Source of the DNA: Nitrospinales bacterium
Lineage (GTDB): Bacteria > Nitrospinota > Nitrospinia > Nitrospinales > VA-1
Assembly: GCA_965262115.1 (NCBI GenBank)
Contig: OZ253496.1
Location: 2,112,001 to 2,176,000, forward strand
Direction of reading: 5' to 3'
DNA: 64,000 nucleotides
Positions 48,964 through 58,920 of this stretch are shown here, piece by piece. The translations under genes and the position numbers were made by a program. The stretch's first letter is position 1; each line of letters starts with the position of its first letter. A model generated the notes under the pieces. The model was not told where the DNA came from, ran no database searches, and was given only the letters and a program-made list of their open reading frames with translations.

Positions 48964-49932
48964 ATGCCCCATATCCACATAAAAAAGGAATGGGAAATTT
49001 CAGACAATTTGGCCACGCCGGAGTCAACCTACCTTCGCCGGCGGGAATTTCTCAAAGGCACGGCTCTGACCACTGCCGCCACTATTGGAGTGCTTTATGG
49101 TTGTGGTCCTTCTTCTCCACCCAATGTTCTTCCTGAAGTGAAATGGAATGAACTAGAAAAATCCATTTATCCCGCTAAAAGAAATCCGAAGTACGAGTTG
49201 GACCGTCCCATAACTGTGGAAAAAATCGCCGCCACCTACAATAATTTTTATGAGTTCGGAAGCGGAAAAATCGACCCGGTGCATTACGCACAAAAACTCA
49301 ACATCCGCCCCTGGACTATTCAGGTTGGCGGACTGGTCAACAAGCCCACGACGTTCAACATAAATGACTTGTTAAAAACCATGCCCATTGAAGAACGTGT
49401 ATTGCGACTGCGATGCGTCGAAGCTTGGGCCATGGCCGTGCCCTGGACCGGATTCCCGTTTTCGCAACTTCTTAAAAAGATCGAACCCAAAGCGAAAGCC
49501 ACTCATGTGAGGCTGGAAACTTTTTACCAGCCGTTCACCGCCCAGGGCCAGCTGGCATTCTGGGAGCCGTGGCCCTATGTCGAAGGATTGACGATTAAAG
49601 AAGCAATGAACGAACTGGCGTTTTTAGCCACCGGCATTTATGGACACCCGCTTCCCAAACAACATGGCGCACCAATCCGTCTGGTTGTGCCCTGGAAATA
49701 CGGGTTCAAGAGTATTAAGTCCATCGTCAAGATTGAGCTGGTCGACTACCGTCCCGCCACTTTCTGGAACACCCTGCAAGGACTGGAATACGATTTCACC
49801 GCCAATGTCGATCCGAGAATCCCGCACCCGCGCTGGCCACAGACGCGTGAAAAAATGATCGATACCGGAGACATCCGCCCCACTCTTCCCTATAATGGTT
49901 ATGGAGATTTTGTCGCCAAAATGTACACATAG
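48964..49932 (+). CDS. msrP: Protein-methionine-sulfoxide reductase catalytic subunit
   Basis: Tat-like RRREFLK, YNNFYEF, RCVEAW, GAPIRLVVPWKYGFKSIK. Confidence 0.93.
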   Translation: MPHIHIKKEWEISDNLATPESTYLRRREFLKGTALTTAATIGVLYGCGPSSPPNVLPEVKWNELEKSIYPAKRNPKYELDRPITVEKIAATYNNFYEFGSGKIDPVHYAQKLNIRPWTIQVGGLVNKPTTFNINDLLKTMPIEERVLRLRCVEAWAMAVPWTGFPFSQLLKKIEPKAKATHVRLETFYQPFTAQGQLAFWEPWPYVEGLTIKEAMNELAFLATGIYGHPLPKQHGAPIRLVVPWKYGFKSIKSIVKIELVDYRPATFWNTLQGLEYDFTANVDPRIPHPRWPQTREKMIDTGDIRPTLPYNGYGDFVAKMYT

Positions 49933-50102
49933 AGCATTATTTAAAAATCAAACGCCTATCTGATTCATAGAGCCTTCGTTTACAGTGATTTGTTTATAAA
50001 CCTAGCATCTAAGTCTTAAAGCACTATTGACACCATTAAACTTTTAATGAAGAATGCCTCAAAGTTAGACGCGAAAGGAACAGTGCAAATACAATTGGAA
50101 TT

Positions 50103-51149
50103 ATGAATAATTTTAATAAACAAGCTCCCCTTTTTAATAAACAGGAAACTGAAATCAACCCTTTTTTCCAAACTAAGTTGGGGAAAATTTATTTGGCCGA
50201 TTCGTTAAACTTAATGCGGTCTTTCAAAAAAAAGTCTATCAATCTTGTCTTGACTTCCCCTCCTTTTGGATTAGTTCGGAAAAAAGATTACGGAAATGTA
50301 GATGCGGATAAATACTTAGACTGGTTTCGGCCTTTCGCTAAAGAGTTTCATCGAATATTAAAGGACAATGGCTCATTTGTAATTGATATTGGTGGTTCAT
50401 GGATTCCCGGCCAACCCACTCGCTCCCTCTACCACTATGAATTATTGCTAATGTTTTGCAAAGAATTCGGTTTTCACTTGGCTCAAGAATTTTTTTGGTG
50501 GAACCCTTCTAAATTGCCAACACCTGCCGAGTGGGTAAATATTCGTCGAATTAGAGTCAAAGATGCCGTCAATTGTATTTGGTGGCTCTCCCCTACACCA
50601 TGGCCTAAAGCCTCAAACAAGAGAGTTTTGGTTCCTTATAGCAATTCCATGCAAGGCCTACTAAAAAATGGGTATAAAGCTAAGCTACGGCCTAGCGGGC
50701 ATGATATAAGTGAAAAGTTTTCAATTGATAATGGTGCTGCTATCCCTCCTAATTTAATAGCCATTGCGAACACTGAAAGCAACTCCAGTTACTTACGCCA
50801 ATGCAAACAAAATAACGTTAAGCCTCACCCGGCACGCTTTCCTGCAGAATTGCCTGAATATTTTATTCGAATGCTGACTGACAAAGGAAATCGGGTTTTT
50901 GATCCTTTTGCGGGTTCCTGTGTGACAGGCGAGGTAGCAGAGAGACTTGGAAGAAAGTGGATTTGCTCAGAAGTTAAAGAACAATATCTGGATGGGGCTT
51001 TATACCGCTTTCCAATTCAACCGCAGAATCTTCAAAAAAAATTTCCATCTTACAGCCTGTCCCATCCCGCAGCACTTTGGAATGGAACTTCCCAAGGCAC
51101 CCTATCAAAAGAAGGGGGACAAAACAGACCAAAAAAGAATAAGCGATAA
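50103..51149 (+). CDS. Beta-class DNA methyltransferase, probably N4-cytosine (M.PvuII-like)
   Basis: TSPPF catalytic motif precedes HPARFP and DPFAGS; lower GC than the flanks. Confidence 0.9.
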   Translation: MNNFNKQAPLFNKQETEINPFFQTKLGKIYLADSLNLMRSFKKKSINLVLTSPPFGLVRKKDYGNVDADKYLDWFRPFAKEFHRILKDNGSFVIDIGGSWIPGQPTRSLYHYELLLMFCKEFGFHLAQEFFWWNPSKLPTPAEWVNIRRIRVKDAVNCIWWLSPTPWPKASNKRVLVPYSNSMQGLLKNGYKAKLRPSGHDISEKFSIDNGAAIPPNLIAIANTESNSSYLRQCKQNNVKPHPARFPAELPEYFIRMLTDKGNRVFDPFAGSCVTGEVAERLGRKWICSEVKEQYLDGALYRFPIQPQNLQKKFPSYSLSHPAALWNGTSQGTLSKEGGQNRPKKNKR

Positions 51150-51155
51150 CCTATA

Positions 51156-52319
51156 ATGCCTGCCCTTTCTCCATCTGTTCTCGTGAATTCAATTTTTGAT
51201 GCTATACAGCAATCAGGAGGTTCCTGCATTTACACCTCCACCTCAATCAGAACCCATCCTCGTCAATTTTTTGTTACCCAACTGGATAGATCATTTTCCC
51301 TATGGGTTTATATATGGACTGTTACTCATGGAGGGCGAAAAACATTACCAAACGAATATCGCATCCAAATGACCTCTGTCAGTTCCCCACTGCCCATCAA
51401 TCCAGATGGCCCTACTGTTCTTCTTGGGTATTATCAAGATTTAGGAGTTTTCGCAGGTTTTGATCTTAAGCAACACAAAAACTTCACGGTAGGCTCTCCT
51501 TCAGTACAAATCAGCATTGACACAATCAACGATGCCTTACAACAAGGGCTTGCTTTCTCTGTTAAGGAGAATAATGAAATTGCTGTTGGTATTAGGCCAG
51601 ACCAATTACTTAATTACGTACATAGCTCAGAACAAGTTCATCAATATGGAATTAACAAGCCAACATTAAAACTACTCATTAAAGCTTCTCAAAATAAGCC
51701 GGTTTCGACAACTGAGATCCACGCCCTCTCCAAAAACAGAAGAAAAATTATTTCAACAGTAAGCCGATACTCCAGAGATGGAAACTTTCGCCAACAGGTT
51801 TTGAGTGCTTATAATTGCCGTTGTGCCGTTACCAGGGCTCAATTGCAACTGGTGGATGCTGCTCATATCCTTCCTGTTGAAGTTAAAAAAAGTATTGACC
51901 ACGTGTCCAACGGCATTTCTTTGTCTCCTACAATTCACAGGGCCTTTGACAACCGTTTGATATATTTAGATGAAAGGTGTTATATGAGACCAAACCATGA
52001 AAAAATAGCCGCCTTTCTTTTTTGCCTTCTGCTCCTTTGCTCCCTCAACACCTGGGCCAATGACAATCCAACAAAAACCTCGACTGAAAGGCATATCTAT
52101 ACTGTCATTGAATTCGAATCCGCTTTCATGAACCGGAAAAAAGAAAAGGTGATAAAAATTCTCGGCGAACCGGACTTTCGGTGGGAACATAGAGGGAAAG
52201 AGGTGTGGACATACCATAAGATCATTAAAGATCAGGAAAAGCTTTGGAACCAGAACATCATGTTCGATTTCGGCCGCGTCAACTATATGTGGGGCTCGGA
52301 CAGCGTCCAAGGGCAATGA
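51156..52319 (+). CDS. HNH endonuclease fused to an unrelated exported-protein-like C-terminus
   Basis: FRQQVL.AY..RCAVT..DAAHI..NG..L...H..FD, then signal-peptide-like KIAAFLFCLLLLCS. Confidence 0.75.
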   Translation: MPALSPSVLVNSIFDAIQQSGGSCIYTSTSIRTHPRQFFVTQLDRSFSLWVYIWTVTHGGRKTLPNEYRIQMTSVSSPLPINPDGPTVLLGYYQDLGVFAGFDLKQHKNFTVGSPSVQISIDTINDALQQGLAFSVKENNEIAVGIRPDQLLNYVHSSEQVHQYGINKPTLKLLIKASQNKPVSTTEIHALSKNRRKIISTVSRYSRDGNFRQQVLSAYNCRCAVTRAQLQLVDAAHILPVEVKKSIDHVSNGISLSPTIHRAFDNRLIYLDERCYMRPNHEKIAAFLFCLLLLCSLNTWANDNPTKTSTERHIYTVIEFESAFMNRKKEKVIKILGEPDFRWEHRGKEVWTYHKIIKDQEKLWNQNIMFDFGRVNYMWGSDSVQGQ

Positions 52320-52570
52320 GCAATAGCCATTTCTTGCGGATAAAATTTATCTCGGCTTTATGGGCTATTACTCTTTGAGTCCAGCGTCACGCTGGCCACT
52401 AACCGTGGGGGCAATGGGCAAAACCTCTTCAAGCCGAGACAACTCTTTGCTTGCCAAAAAAAGCTATTGCTCATTGGGTCCAGCGTCACGCTGGCCACTA
52501 CGTGGAGGCAACGAGCAAGGGCTCTATTGAGCCGAGAGCACGGTTGCTAGCAGTGATAAGCCATTGCCCA
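52320..52570. repeat. Cluster of short palindromic intergenic repeat families
   Basis: CCAGCGTCACGCTGGCCACT twice (52381, 52480); AGCCGAG-type units three times. Confidence 0.75.
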
Positions 52571-52611
52571 TTACCAGCGAAAGTTTTTCGCCCTTACCTG
52601 GAGGATCCATC

Positions 52612-53397
52612 ATGAACCGCGTTACCGCCCATCCCTTATCCCTGACAAGATTATTCAGTGCCATTCAGGGCAACCTCGAACAACGTGCCTACAGTCCGCA
52701 AACCATCAAGGCCTACCTTGGGCAGTTGCGGCATTTTGTGCGGGACAAAGACTTGACCAATCCGCAAAATGTTTCGGGAGACGATATCAGGAGTTATCTG
52801 GAAGGTCTCGTTATTGATGGGAAGTCAAGATCAACGGTGGACCAGGCTTATAACGCTCTCAGTTATTTTTACAAGGCAGTCTATAATCATGGCCTCATTC
52901 TGGATGGGTTCAAGCGGCCGCGAAAGAAAAAACTAAAACCCGTAATGCTGACAGTCAGTGAAGTGCGAAAAATAGCGATCTCGGCAGAGAACCTGAAACA
53001 CAGGTTGATGATAGAGCTAGCCTATACGGCAGGCTTGCGAGTTTCTGAACTGGTAGTGGTCAAGGTTCAGCATGTGAACCTCGATAAATTAATGCTGTTT
53101 GTGCCGGGAATCGGCAAGTTGGGCGCGCGCACGACTATATTTTCCGTCAGCCTTAAAGATGCCCTGCAAAGACAGATCGGTAATAAAAATCCGGGCGACT
53201 ATTTATTCCCCAGCGAACAGGGAGGGAATCTGACCACTCGCAGTGTCACCAAATTTTTTAAAGCCGCGTTGACCAGCTCTGGAGTGGAAAAGCAGGTCAC
53301 ACCGCATTCACTTCGCCAGTCGTTCACAGCGTTCATGCTCGCCAAAGGAACCGACCGCTTTGCAGTACAAACCCTACTGGGCCGCAGAGCCCTCTAA
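52612..53397 (+). pseudogene. Tyrosine recombinase (integron-integrase-like N-terminus) ending before the catalytic Tyr
   Basis: YS.QT..AY, GLRVSE, PHSLRQSF, VQTLLG then RRAL-stop. Confidence 0.7.
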
Positions 53398-53465
53398 CCC
53401 CAGTGTGCCGCTGGACCCAACGAGCCATCCTAATTCTGGCGAGCAAATGTTATGGACAGCTCAAT

Positions 53466-54566
53466 CTAGCTCTTGCTAATTCCCTCCCCTGCCAAGGGGG
53501 GCAGATAATCGTATCTCATATTGCGGCGCTGGGGGATGAAACCGCTGTCGCTGATCAAGCGCTTGATTTCCTCTTCGTCCATACAGTAGACGGTTCCTGC
53601 TGCGGCGACCACGTTTTCTTCCATCATGGTACTTCCCATATCGTTGGCTCCGTAGTAAAGCGACACTTGTCCGATTTTCGGACCCTGGGTCACCCATGAC
53701 GATTGCAGGTTATTGAAGTTGTCGAGGAATATGCGGCTGATGGCAAGGGTTTTTAAGTATTCGAATCCGGTCACGGCGGTTTTTATTCCGCTGTCCCCTT
53801 GCAGTTGGGTGTTTCCCGGCTGAAAGCCCCAGGCGATGAATGCGGTGAAGCCTTGGGTTTTGTCCTGCAATTTTCTCAGCCGTTCAAGATGCTCGATACG
53901 TTCTGCAAGCGTTTCGACATGGCCGAACATCATGGTCGCGGTGGTGGGGATTCCCATGTCATGGGCGTGTTCCATGACCTCCAGCCATTCATCTGCCGTG
54001 CATTTTTTTGGACTGATGATTTGGCGTACGCGGTCAACGAGAATCTCCGCGCCGCCGCCGGGTATGGAATCCAATCCCGCCTGTTTGAGCCGGGTGAGAG
54101 TTTCATCCAGTGAGAGTTTCGATATCCGACTGGTATGAATGATTTCCGATGGAGACAGAGCATGGAGATGGATGCCAAACTGTTGTTTGATTTTTTGAAA
54201 CAGGTCTTCAAAATAATCGATCTTTAAATTCTGGTGATGTCCGCCTTGCAGGAGAATCTGGTTGCCACCGGCCGCTACGGTTTCCTCAATTTTTTGCGCG
54301 ATAGTTTCAAAGGGCAGGACATAGGAGTCCGTGTCCGACTCCTTACGGTAAAACGCGCAGAAGGAACAATCGGTAACACAGACATTGGTGTAGTTGATAT
54401 TTCGGTCGACGATGTAGGTGATGGTTTTGTCTGTCCGTTTTTTTCGTGCCAATCTGGAGGCGACGTTTCCCAGAAGCAGGATATCTGTTGTAGAACACAG
54501 TTCCAGTGCCTCATCAGGTTGGATTCGTTGGTCGGCAAGGGCTTTTTCGAGGATGGGTTCAATCAT
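53466..54566 (-). CDS. mqnC: Cyclic dehypoxanthinyl futalosine synthase (radical SAM)
   Basis: RNINYTNVC...CSFCAF, PGGGAEIL, ATMMFGH, GSTMMEENVV. Confidence 0.9.
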   Translation of the reverse strand: MIEPILEKALADQRIQPDEALELCSTTDILLLGNVASRLARKKRTDKTITYIVDRNINYTNVCVTDCSFCAFYRKESDTDSYVLPFETIAQKIEETVAAGGNQILLQGGHHQNLKIDYFEDLFQKIKQQFGIHLHALSPSEIIHTSRISKLSLDETLTRLKQAGLDSIPGGGAEILVDRVRQIISPKKCTADEWLEVMEHAHDMGIPTTATMMFGHVETLAERIEHLERLRKLQDKTQGFTAFIAWGFQPGNTQLQGDSGIKTAVTGFEYLKTLAISRIFLDNFNNLQSSWVTQGPKIGQVSLYYGANDMGSTMMEENVVAAAGTVYCMDEEEIKRLISDSGFIPQRRNMRYDYLPPLAGEGISKS

Positions 54567-54961
54567 GATGAACTGGGATTATCGCAATGAATTTCAAGAT
54601 GGTTGTCATCGGGATCGTTAAAATAAAGAGACTTGCCATCTCCACGTTTTACGGGACCGCTATCGATTTTCACGTTTTTTGTTTGGAGTTCTTTTACGAT
54701 ATTATCAAAGTCAGCGGCACTGGCTTCAAAGGCAAGATGCAAGTACCCGTCTTCACTGAGAAGGTTCATCGCTTCTTTGACTTCCAGATCCGGGGCCTCA
54801 AAAAGGGCGATGGCGGCGTTGCCTGTTTCCAGCATGATATGCCTCAAACCTTTGGAAAACCGGTGGCTGACGTTGAATCCGAGCACTTCCGTATAAAAAC
54901 GTTCGGCGCGATCCAGGTCGCTGACATTGAGGGCAATGTGGTGGATGCCTTTGAGTTGCAT
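54563..54961 (-). CDS. VOC/glyoxalase family protein
   Basis: IHHIALNVSD, HLAF, YFNDPD.N.LE. Confidence 0.88.
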   Translation of the reverse strand: MQLKGIHHIALNVSDLDRAERFYTEVLGFNVSHRFSKGLRHIMLETGNAAIALFEAPDLEVKEAMNLLSEDGYLHLAFEASAADFDNIVKELQTKNVKIDSGPVKRGDGKSLYFNDPDDNHLEIHCDNPSSS

Positions 54962-54970
54962 GTTGGAAAG

Positions 54971-55345
54971 TTAAAGGGTGCCGGGGCCCGAGGCCATCGA
55001 TGATTCCAGGCCGTCAATACCCAGGTCTTTCATTTCCTCTTCTTTGGTTATGAGAAAAATATGGTAACCAAACTTGCTTTTGATCGGGCCTTGCACTTCG
55101 CCGACCGGAGCCGCCATAGCAGCATTTTCCAATTCGGGAGCCGCGGTATTATGCTCGAGAAACCCGAGATCCCCGCCCTTATTGCGGGTTCCGCAGGCGC
55201 TGTATTTTTTAGCCATTTTGGCAAACATTTTAAACAGTATCTCGCGGTCTTTATACTCATCCTCCTTGAGGTGGTCAAGAAGCACGTTGGCAAGCTCTTC
55301 GGTACTTAAAACAATGTGGCTGACTTGAATAGATCGTATCGGCAT
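54971..55345 (-). CDS. Parvulin-type peptidyl-prolyl isomerase (PpiC-like)
   Basis: SHI, AKKYS.C...GGDLG, FGYHI. Confidence 0.85.
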   Translation of the reverse strand: MPIRSIQVSHIVLSTEELANVLLDHLKEDEYKDREILFKMFAKMAKKYSACGTRNKGGDLGFLEHNTAAPELENAAMAAPVGEVQGPIKSKFGYHIFLITKEEEMKDLGIDGLESSMASGPGTL

Positions 55346-55484
55346 ATCGGCATCCCTGTCCGTAATGGACGTTGGTAAATGGGTTTATGTAATATGGGGC
55401 TATTATACTCGCCACCAGCCGCAGAGGCAACCGCCACTAGGCGTGGGGCCAGTGAGCAAAGAGTTTTCTGGGTTGAAAAAGCTA

Positions 55485-57026
55485 TTATTCACTGCCCCCG
55501 GGCGTGGCCCGGAATGCTTCGATGGCGTCAAGGAGAGCGGGTACGGTGTATTGTTCCGGCACGATTTCCACGTTTAATCCCGCATCTTTTGCGGTTTTTG
55601 CGGTGACCGGGCCGATACAGGCGATCTTTGTTTTTTTGATTGCGGGGAGGAGTTTTTCACCGGTCAGTGCTAAAAAGTTTTTGACGGTGGAGGAGGAGGT
55701 GAAGGTAATGACATCAATGCTCCCTGCTTCGAGTCTCTTTGCCAATGCTTCCACTGGTGTGTCAGGCAGAATGGTCTGGTAAGCCGGGGCAATATCGACA
55801 ATGGCCCCCATTTCCCGCAGTTGTTCGGGCAGGGTTTCGCGGGCGACGGTGGCGCGGGGTAAAAGAAACCGTTTGCCTTCTATGTTTTCCTTACCGATGC
55901 TTTCAATCAGGGATTCGGCGACAAAATTTTCAGGCACCACGTCCACGCGGATTCCCAAGTCGCGAACGGCATCGGCGGTTTTGGGTCCGATGGTGAAGAC
56001 CCGCAGCCCTTTCAATTCACGGATGTCTTGATCGACAGCCTTGAGTCGTTCCACAAAAAATCGCACGCCATTGACGCTGGTGAATATCAGTCCCTGATAT
56101 TGAGAGAGGTTGTTCAGCGCATTATCCAGGGGGGACCAGTCATCCGGGGCGGTGGTCTCGATCACCGGGAAAAAGAAAGGCTCAGCACCCAGCTCCTGCA
56201 GTCGGTCGATCATGGCTTCGGCCTGGTCGCCTTTTCGCGTGACGACAACGGTTTTGCCGAACAGCGGCAGGTGCTCATACCATTCGATGACGGGTTTCAG
56301 GTTCACCACTTCTCCGATGATGGTCAGAGCCGGGGGCAAGATTTTATCCTTCGCCGAAATTTCCACGATGGTGCCAAGAGTGCCGGTCCAGGTTTTCTGC
56401 CGGGCTGTCGTGCCCCATTGCACAACGGCGATAGGGGTATCCGGACTTTTCCCGAAACTCATGAGTTTTTCGACAATCAAAGGCAGTTTGCGTGCGCCCA
56501 TGAGAAAAACTAAAGTCCCGGACCGGGCAGCTATCTTTTCCCAATCGATATGAATGTCCCCCTGCTTTTTTTCGTTGCTCCCGGTAATGATAGAAAGGGT
56601 GGAAGAAAGATTGCGGTGCGTGAGCGGGATACCGGCATAGGCCGCAACGCCGGTTACCGAGGTCACGCCGGGAACAATGATGAATGCAATGCCTGCTGTC
56701 CGGACGGCCTGAATCTCTTCTCCTCCGCGCCCAAAGATAAAAGGGTCCCCGCCTTTTAAGCGGATAACGGTTTTTCCTTCACGGGCTTTGCTGACGAACA
56801 GTTGATTGATCTCTTCCTGTTCCATGGAGGCAATGCCCTCTTTTTTTCCGACATAAATTATTTCCGCTGATTTTTGCGTGAAGCGAATCATATCTGGATT
56901 GACCAGGTGGTCATATAAGATGACATCGGCTTTTTGGAGCCACTTTTTTCCGTTCAAGGTCAACAGGCCGATATCGCCTGGCCCGGCGCCTACTAGCACC
57001 ACTTTTCCTTTATTTGAGTTGGTCAT
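55485..57026 (-). CDS. cobA: Uroporphyrinogen-III C-methyltransferase / uroporphyrinogen-III synthase fusion (CobA-HemD)
   Basis: VGAGPGD, RLKGGDPFIFGRG, then FTSVNGV, FTSSSTV, CIGPVT. Confidence 0.92.
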   Translation of the reverse strand: MTNSNKGKVVLVGAGPGDIGLLTLNGKKWLQKADVILYDHLVNPDMIRFTQKSAEIIYVGKKEGIASMEQEEINQLFVSKAREGKTVIRLKGGDPFIFGRGGEEIQAVRTAGIAFIIVPGVTSVTGVAAYAGIPLTHRNLSSTLSIITGSNEKKQGDIHIDWEKIAARSGTLVFLMGARKLPLIVEKLMSFGKSPDTPIAVVQWGTTARQKTWTGTLGTIVEISAKDKILPPALTIIGEVVNLKPVIEWYEHLPLFGKTVVVTRKGDQAEAMIDRLQELGAEPFFFPVIETTAPDDWSPLDNALNNLSQYQGLIFTSVNGVRFFVERLKAVDQDIRELKGLRVFTIGPKTADAVRDLGIRVDVVPENFVAESLIESIGKENIEGKRFLLPRATVARETLPEQLREMGAIVDIAPAYQTILPDTPVEALAKRLEAGSIDVITFTSSSTVKNFLALTGEKLLPAIKKTKIACIGPVTAKTAKDAGLNVEIVPEQYTVPALLDAIEAFRATPGGSE

Positions 57027-57082
57027 AATTTGATAGTTTGTGGTTTTTGGGGCCGGTAAATTCCGGATGGTGGCTCACCTTT

Positions 57083-57871
57083 TCAGGCGGCGGTGAGAGC
57101 ATGAACATGGTTGGAAATATCTGCGAAATCTTCGAGCGAGAGGGTTTCGCCTCTCCGGTTAAGATCAATACCGGCCAATCGGACTTGCCCGTTTTCCTGG
57201 TTAAAAAGATGTTCCCAGTCTTTTAAATTATTTTTCAGCATTTTCCGTTTATGAAAAAATGCGGAGTTCACCAGTTTAAAAAACAGTTTTGGGTTTTCAA
57301 CCTGCACATTGGGTTGGGACCGGGGCGTTAGACCGATGAGCGAAGAATCAATTTTTGGTTTCGGCGAAAACGCAGTGTTGGGAATTTCAAGCAATCGTTG
57401 AACCTCGCAATGATACTGCACAAAGACGGTGAGCGAGCCGTATTCCCGCTGACCAGGTTTGGCCGTTAATCGGTCTACCACTTCTTTTTGTAACATCAAT
57501 GTCATGGAGCAGATTTGATTCCGGTAATGGATCAATTTTTTCATAATATGGGTGGCGGCGTAATAAGGAAGATTGGAAACGACTTTAAGTCCTTTTCCCA
57601 GAGAAGCGTAATCGAACTTTGCGGCATCGCCTTCAATCAGTTTAAAAGACGGGATATCGCCAAAACGGTTTCGCAGGTCATTTGAAAGCCGGGGATCCAG
57701 TTCAATAGCGGTCAGCGAATCGGTCTGGTGGATCAGTAGTTGGGTGAGGACACCCTTTCCGGGTCCGATTTCAACCACCGGTTCGCCGGGCTGGACATGG
57801 GCCAATTGGATGATGTTCTGAGCGATGTTGAGGTCGATCAGGAAATTTTGTCCGAGTGGCCTCTTCTTCAT
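57083..57871 (-). CDS. rsmA: 16S rRNA adenine dimethyltransferase
   Basis: LGQNFL, EIGPGKG, NLPY. Confidence 0.94.
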   Translation of the reverse strand: MKKRPLGQNFLIDLNIAQNIIQLAHVQPGEPVVEIGPGKGVLTQLLIHQTDSLTAIELDPRLSNDLRNRFGDIPSFKLIEGDAAKFDYASLGKGLKVVSNLPYYAATHIMKKLIHYRNQICSMTLMLQKEVVDRLTAKPGQREYGSLTVFVQYHCEVQRLLEIPNTAFSPKPKIDSSLIGLTPRSQPNVQVENPKLFFKLVNSAFFHKRKMLKNNLKDWEHLFNQENGQVRLAGIDLNRRGETLSLEDFADISNHVHALTAA

Positions 57872-58872
57872 TTCATGAAGAGTGTGGATTGCGACAACCG
57901 GCTCGCCGTCCTCAAAGCCATTTTAAGATTTTCGGGGCAGGCTCTGTCTCTTCCCGCAATGTCGAATGCGGTGCCATGATCTACGGAGGTTCTCAATATG
58001 GGCAGGCCCAAGGTGATGTTCACTCCCTGTCCGGAGGAGTCCATCTTCACCGGGATCATTCCTTGATCGTGATACATGCAGACCACCGCGTCATACTTCT
58101 CGGAACCCGGCCTGCCGAACAGGGCATCGGCGGAGAAGGGGCCGCTGGCCTGGATGCCTTCCGTCTGCACGGTTTTCAATGCGGGTAAAATGAAATCGGT
58201 TTCTTCCTGCCCGAAAATTCCTCCATCGCCACAATGCGGGTTGAGTCCTGTTACGGCAATATTGGGAACATCGGTCACATGCCGGGTTAGCCATTCATGA
58301 GTCAGACGAATGGTTTTGAGTACCCTTTCTTCGGTAATGAGAGGCTGGACCTGGCCCAAGGGAACATGAGTGGTGACAAGTACAACCCTTAGGTTCTTGC
58401 CTGCCATCATAAGCGCGGCTTGTTTGGAATTTGTGAGATGGGCCAGCAGTTCGGTATGTCCGGGAAACGGATAGCCCGCAAGATGCAGGCTTTTTTTATT
58501 AATGGGTGCCGTTGTGATGGCTGAGACTTCGTCGCAGAGTGCCAGATCTACAGCGGCTTTGATGGCCTCATAACTGGCCCGGCCTGCTTCGGCGCTGGAT
58601 TTGCCTACAGGAATACTTTCGGGCACGTTCTTGAGATCGATGACATCAATGGTGCAGGTCTGGTACCAGCCCTCTTCGGGTCGGTCAATAGGGTGCACCA
58701 GAATTTCCGGGGCATACTTTTTTGCGGTTTCCTGGAGCAGGCGCGCATCACCTATGACCACCGCTCGGGACTGCAGCGGTAAGGTGTCATCCTGAAAAGC
58801 TTTGACAATAACTTCGGGCCCGATCCCTGCCGGGTCTCCCATTGTTAAGGCGATGATAGGTGTTGAATCCAT
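57868..58872 (-). CDS. pdxA: 4-hydroxythreonine-4-phosphate dehydrogenase
   Basis: GDPAGIGPE, GHTE, MYHDQG, RTSVDHGTAFDIAG. Confidence 0.96.
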   Translation of the reverse strand: MDSTPIIALTMGDPAGIGPEVIVKAFQDDTLPLQSRAVVIGDARLLQETAKKYAPEILVHPIDRPEEGWYQTCTIDVIDLKNVPESIPVGKSSAEAGRASYEAIKAAVDLALCDEVSAITTAPINKKSLHLAGYPFPGHTELLAHLTNSKQAALMMAGKNLRVVLVTTHVPLGQVQPLITEERVLKTIRLTHEWLTRHVTDVPNIAVTGLNPHCGDGGIFGQEETDFILPALKTVQTEGIQASGPFSADALFGRPGSEKYDAVVCMYHDQGMIPVKMDSSGQGVNITLGLPILRTSVDHGTAFDIAGRDRACPENLKMALRTASRLSQSTLFMK

Positions 58873-58920
58873 ATTTATGTCCCTATTTCAGGAACGAAAA
58901 TACCACGGATTGAAGGAAAA

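Noticed and set aside
52320..53397. Integron (integrase plus attC-like palindromes)
   Set aside because: The repeats lack RYYYAAC/GTTRRRY ends, occur throughout the window, and the recombinase is truncated.
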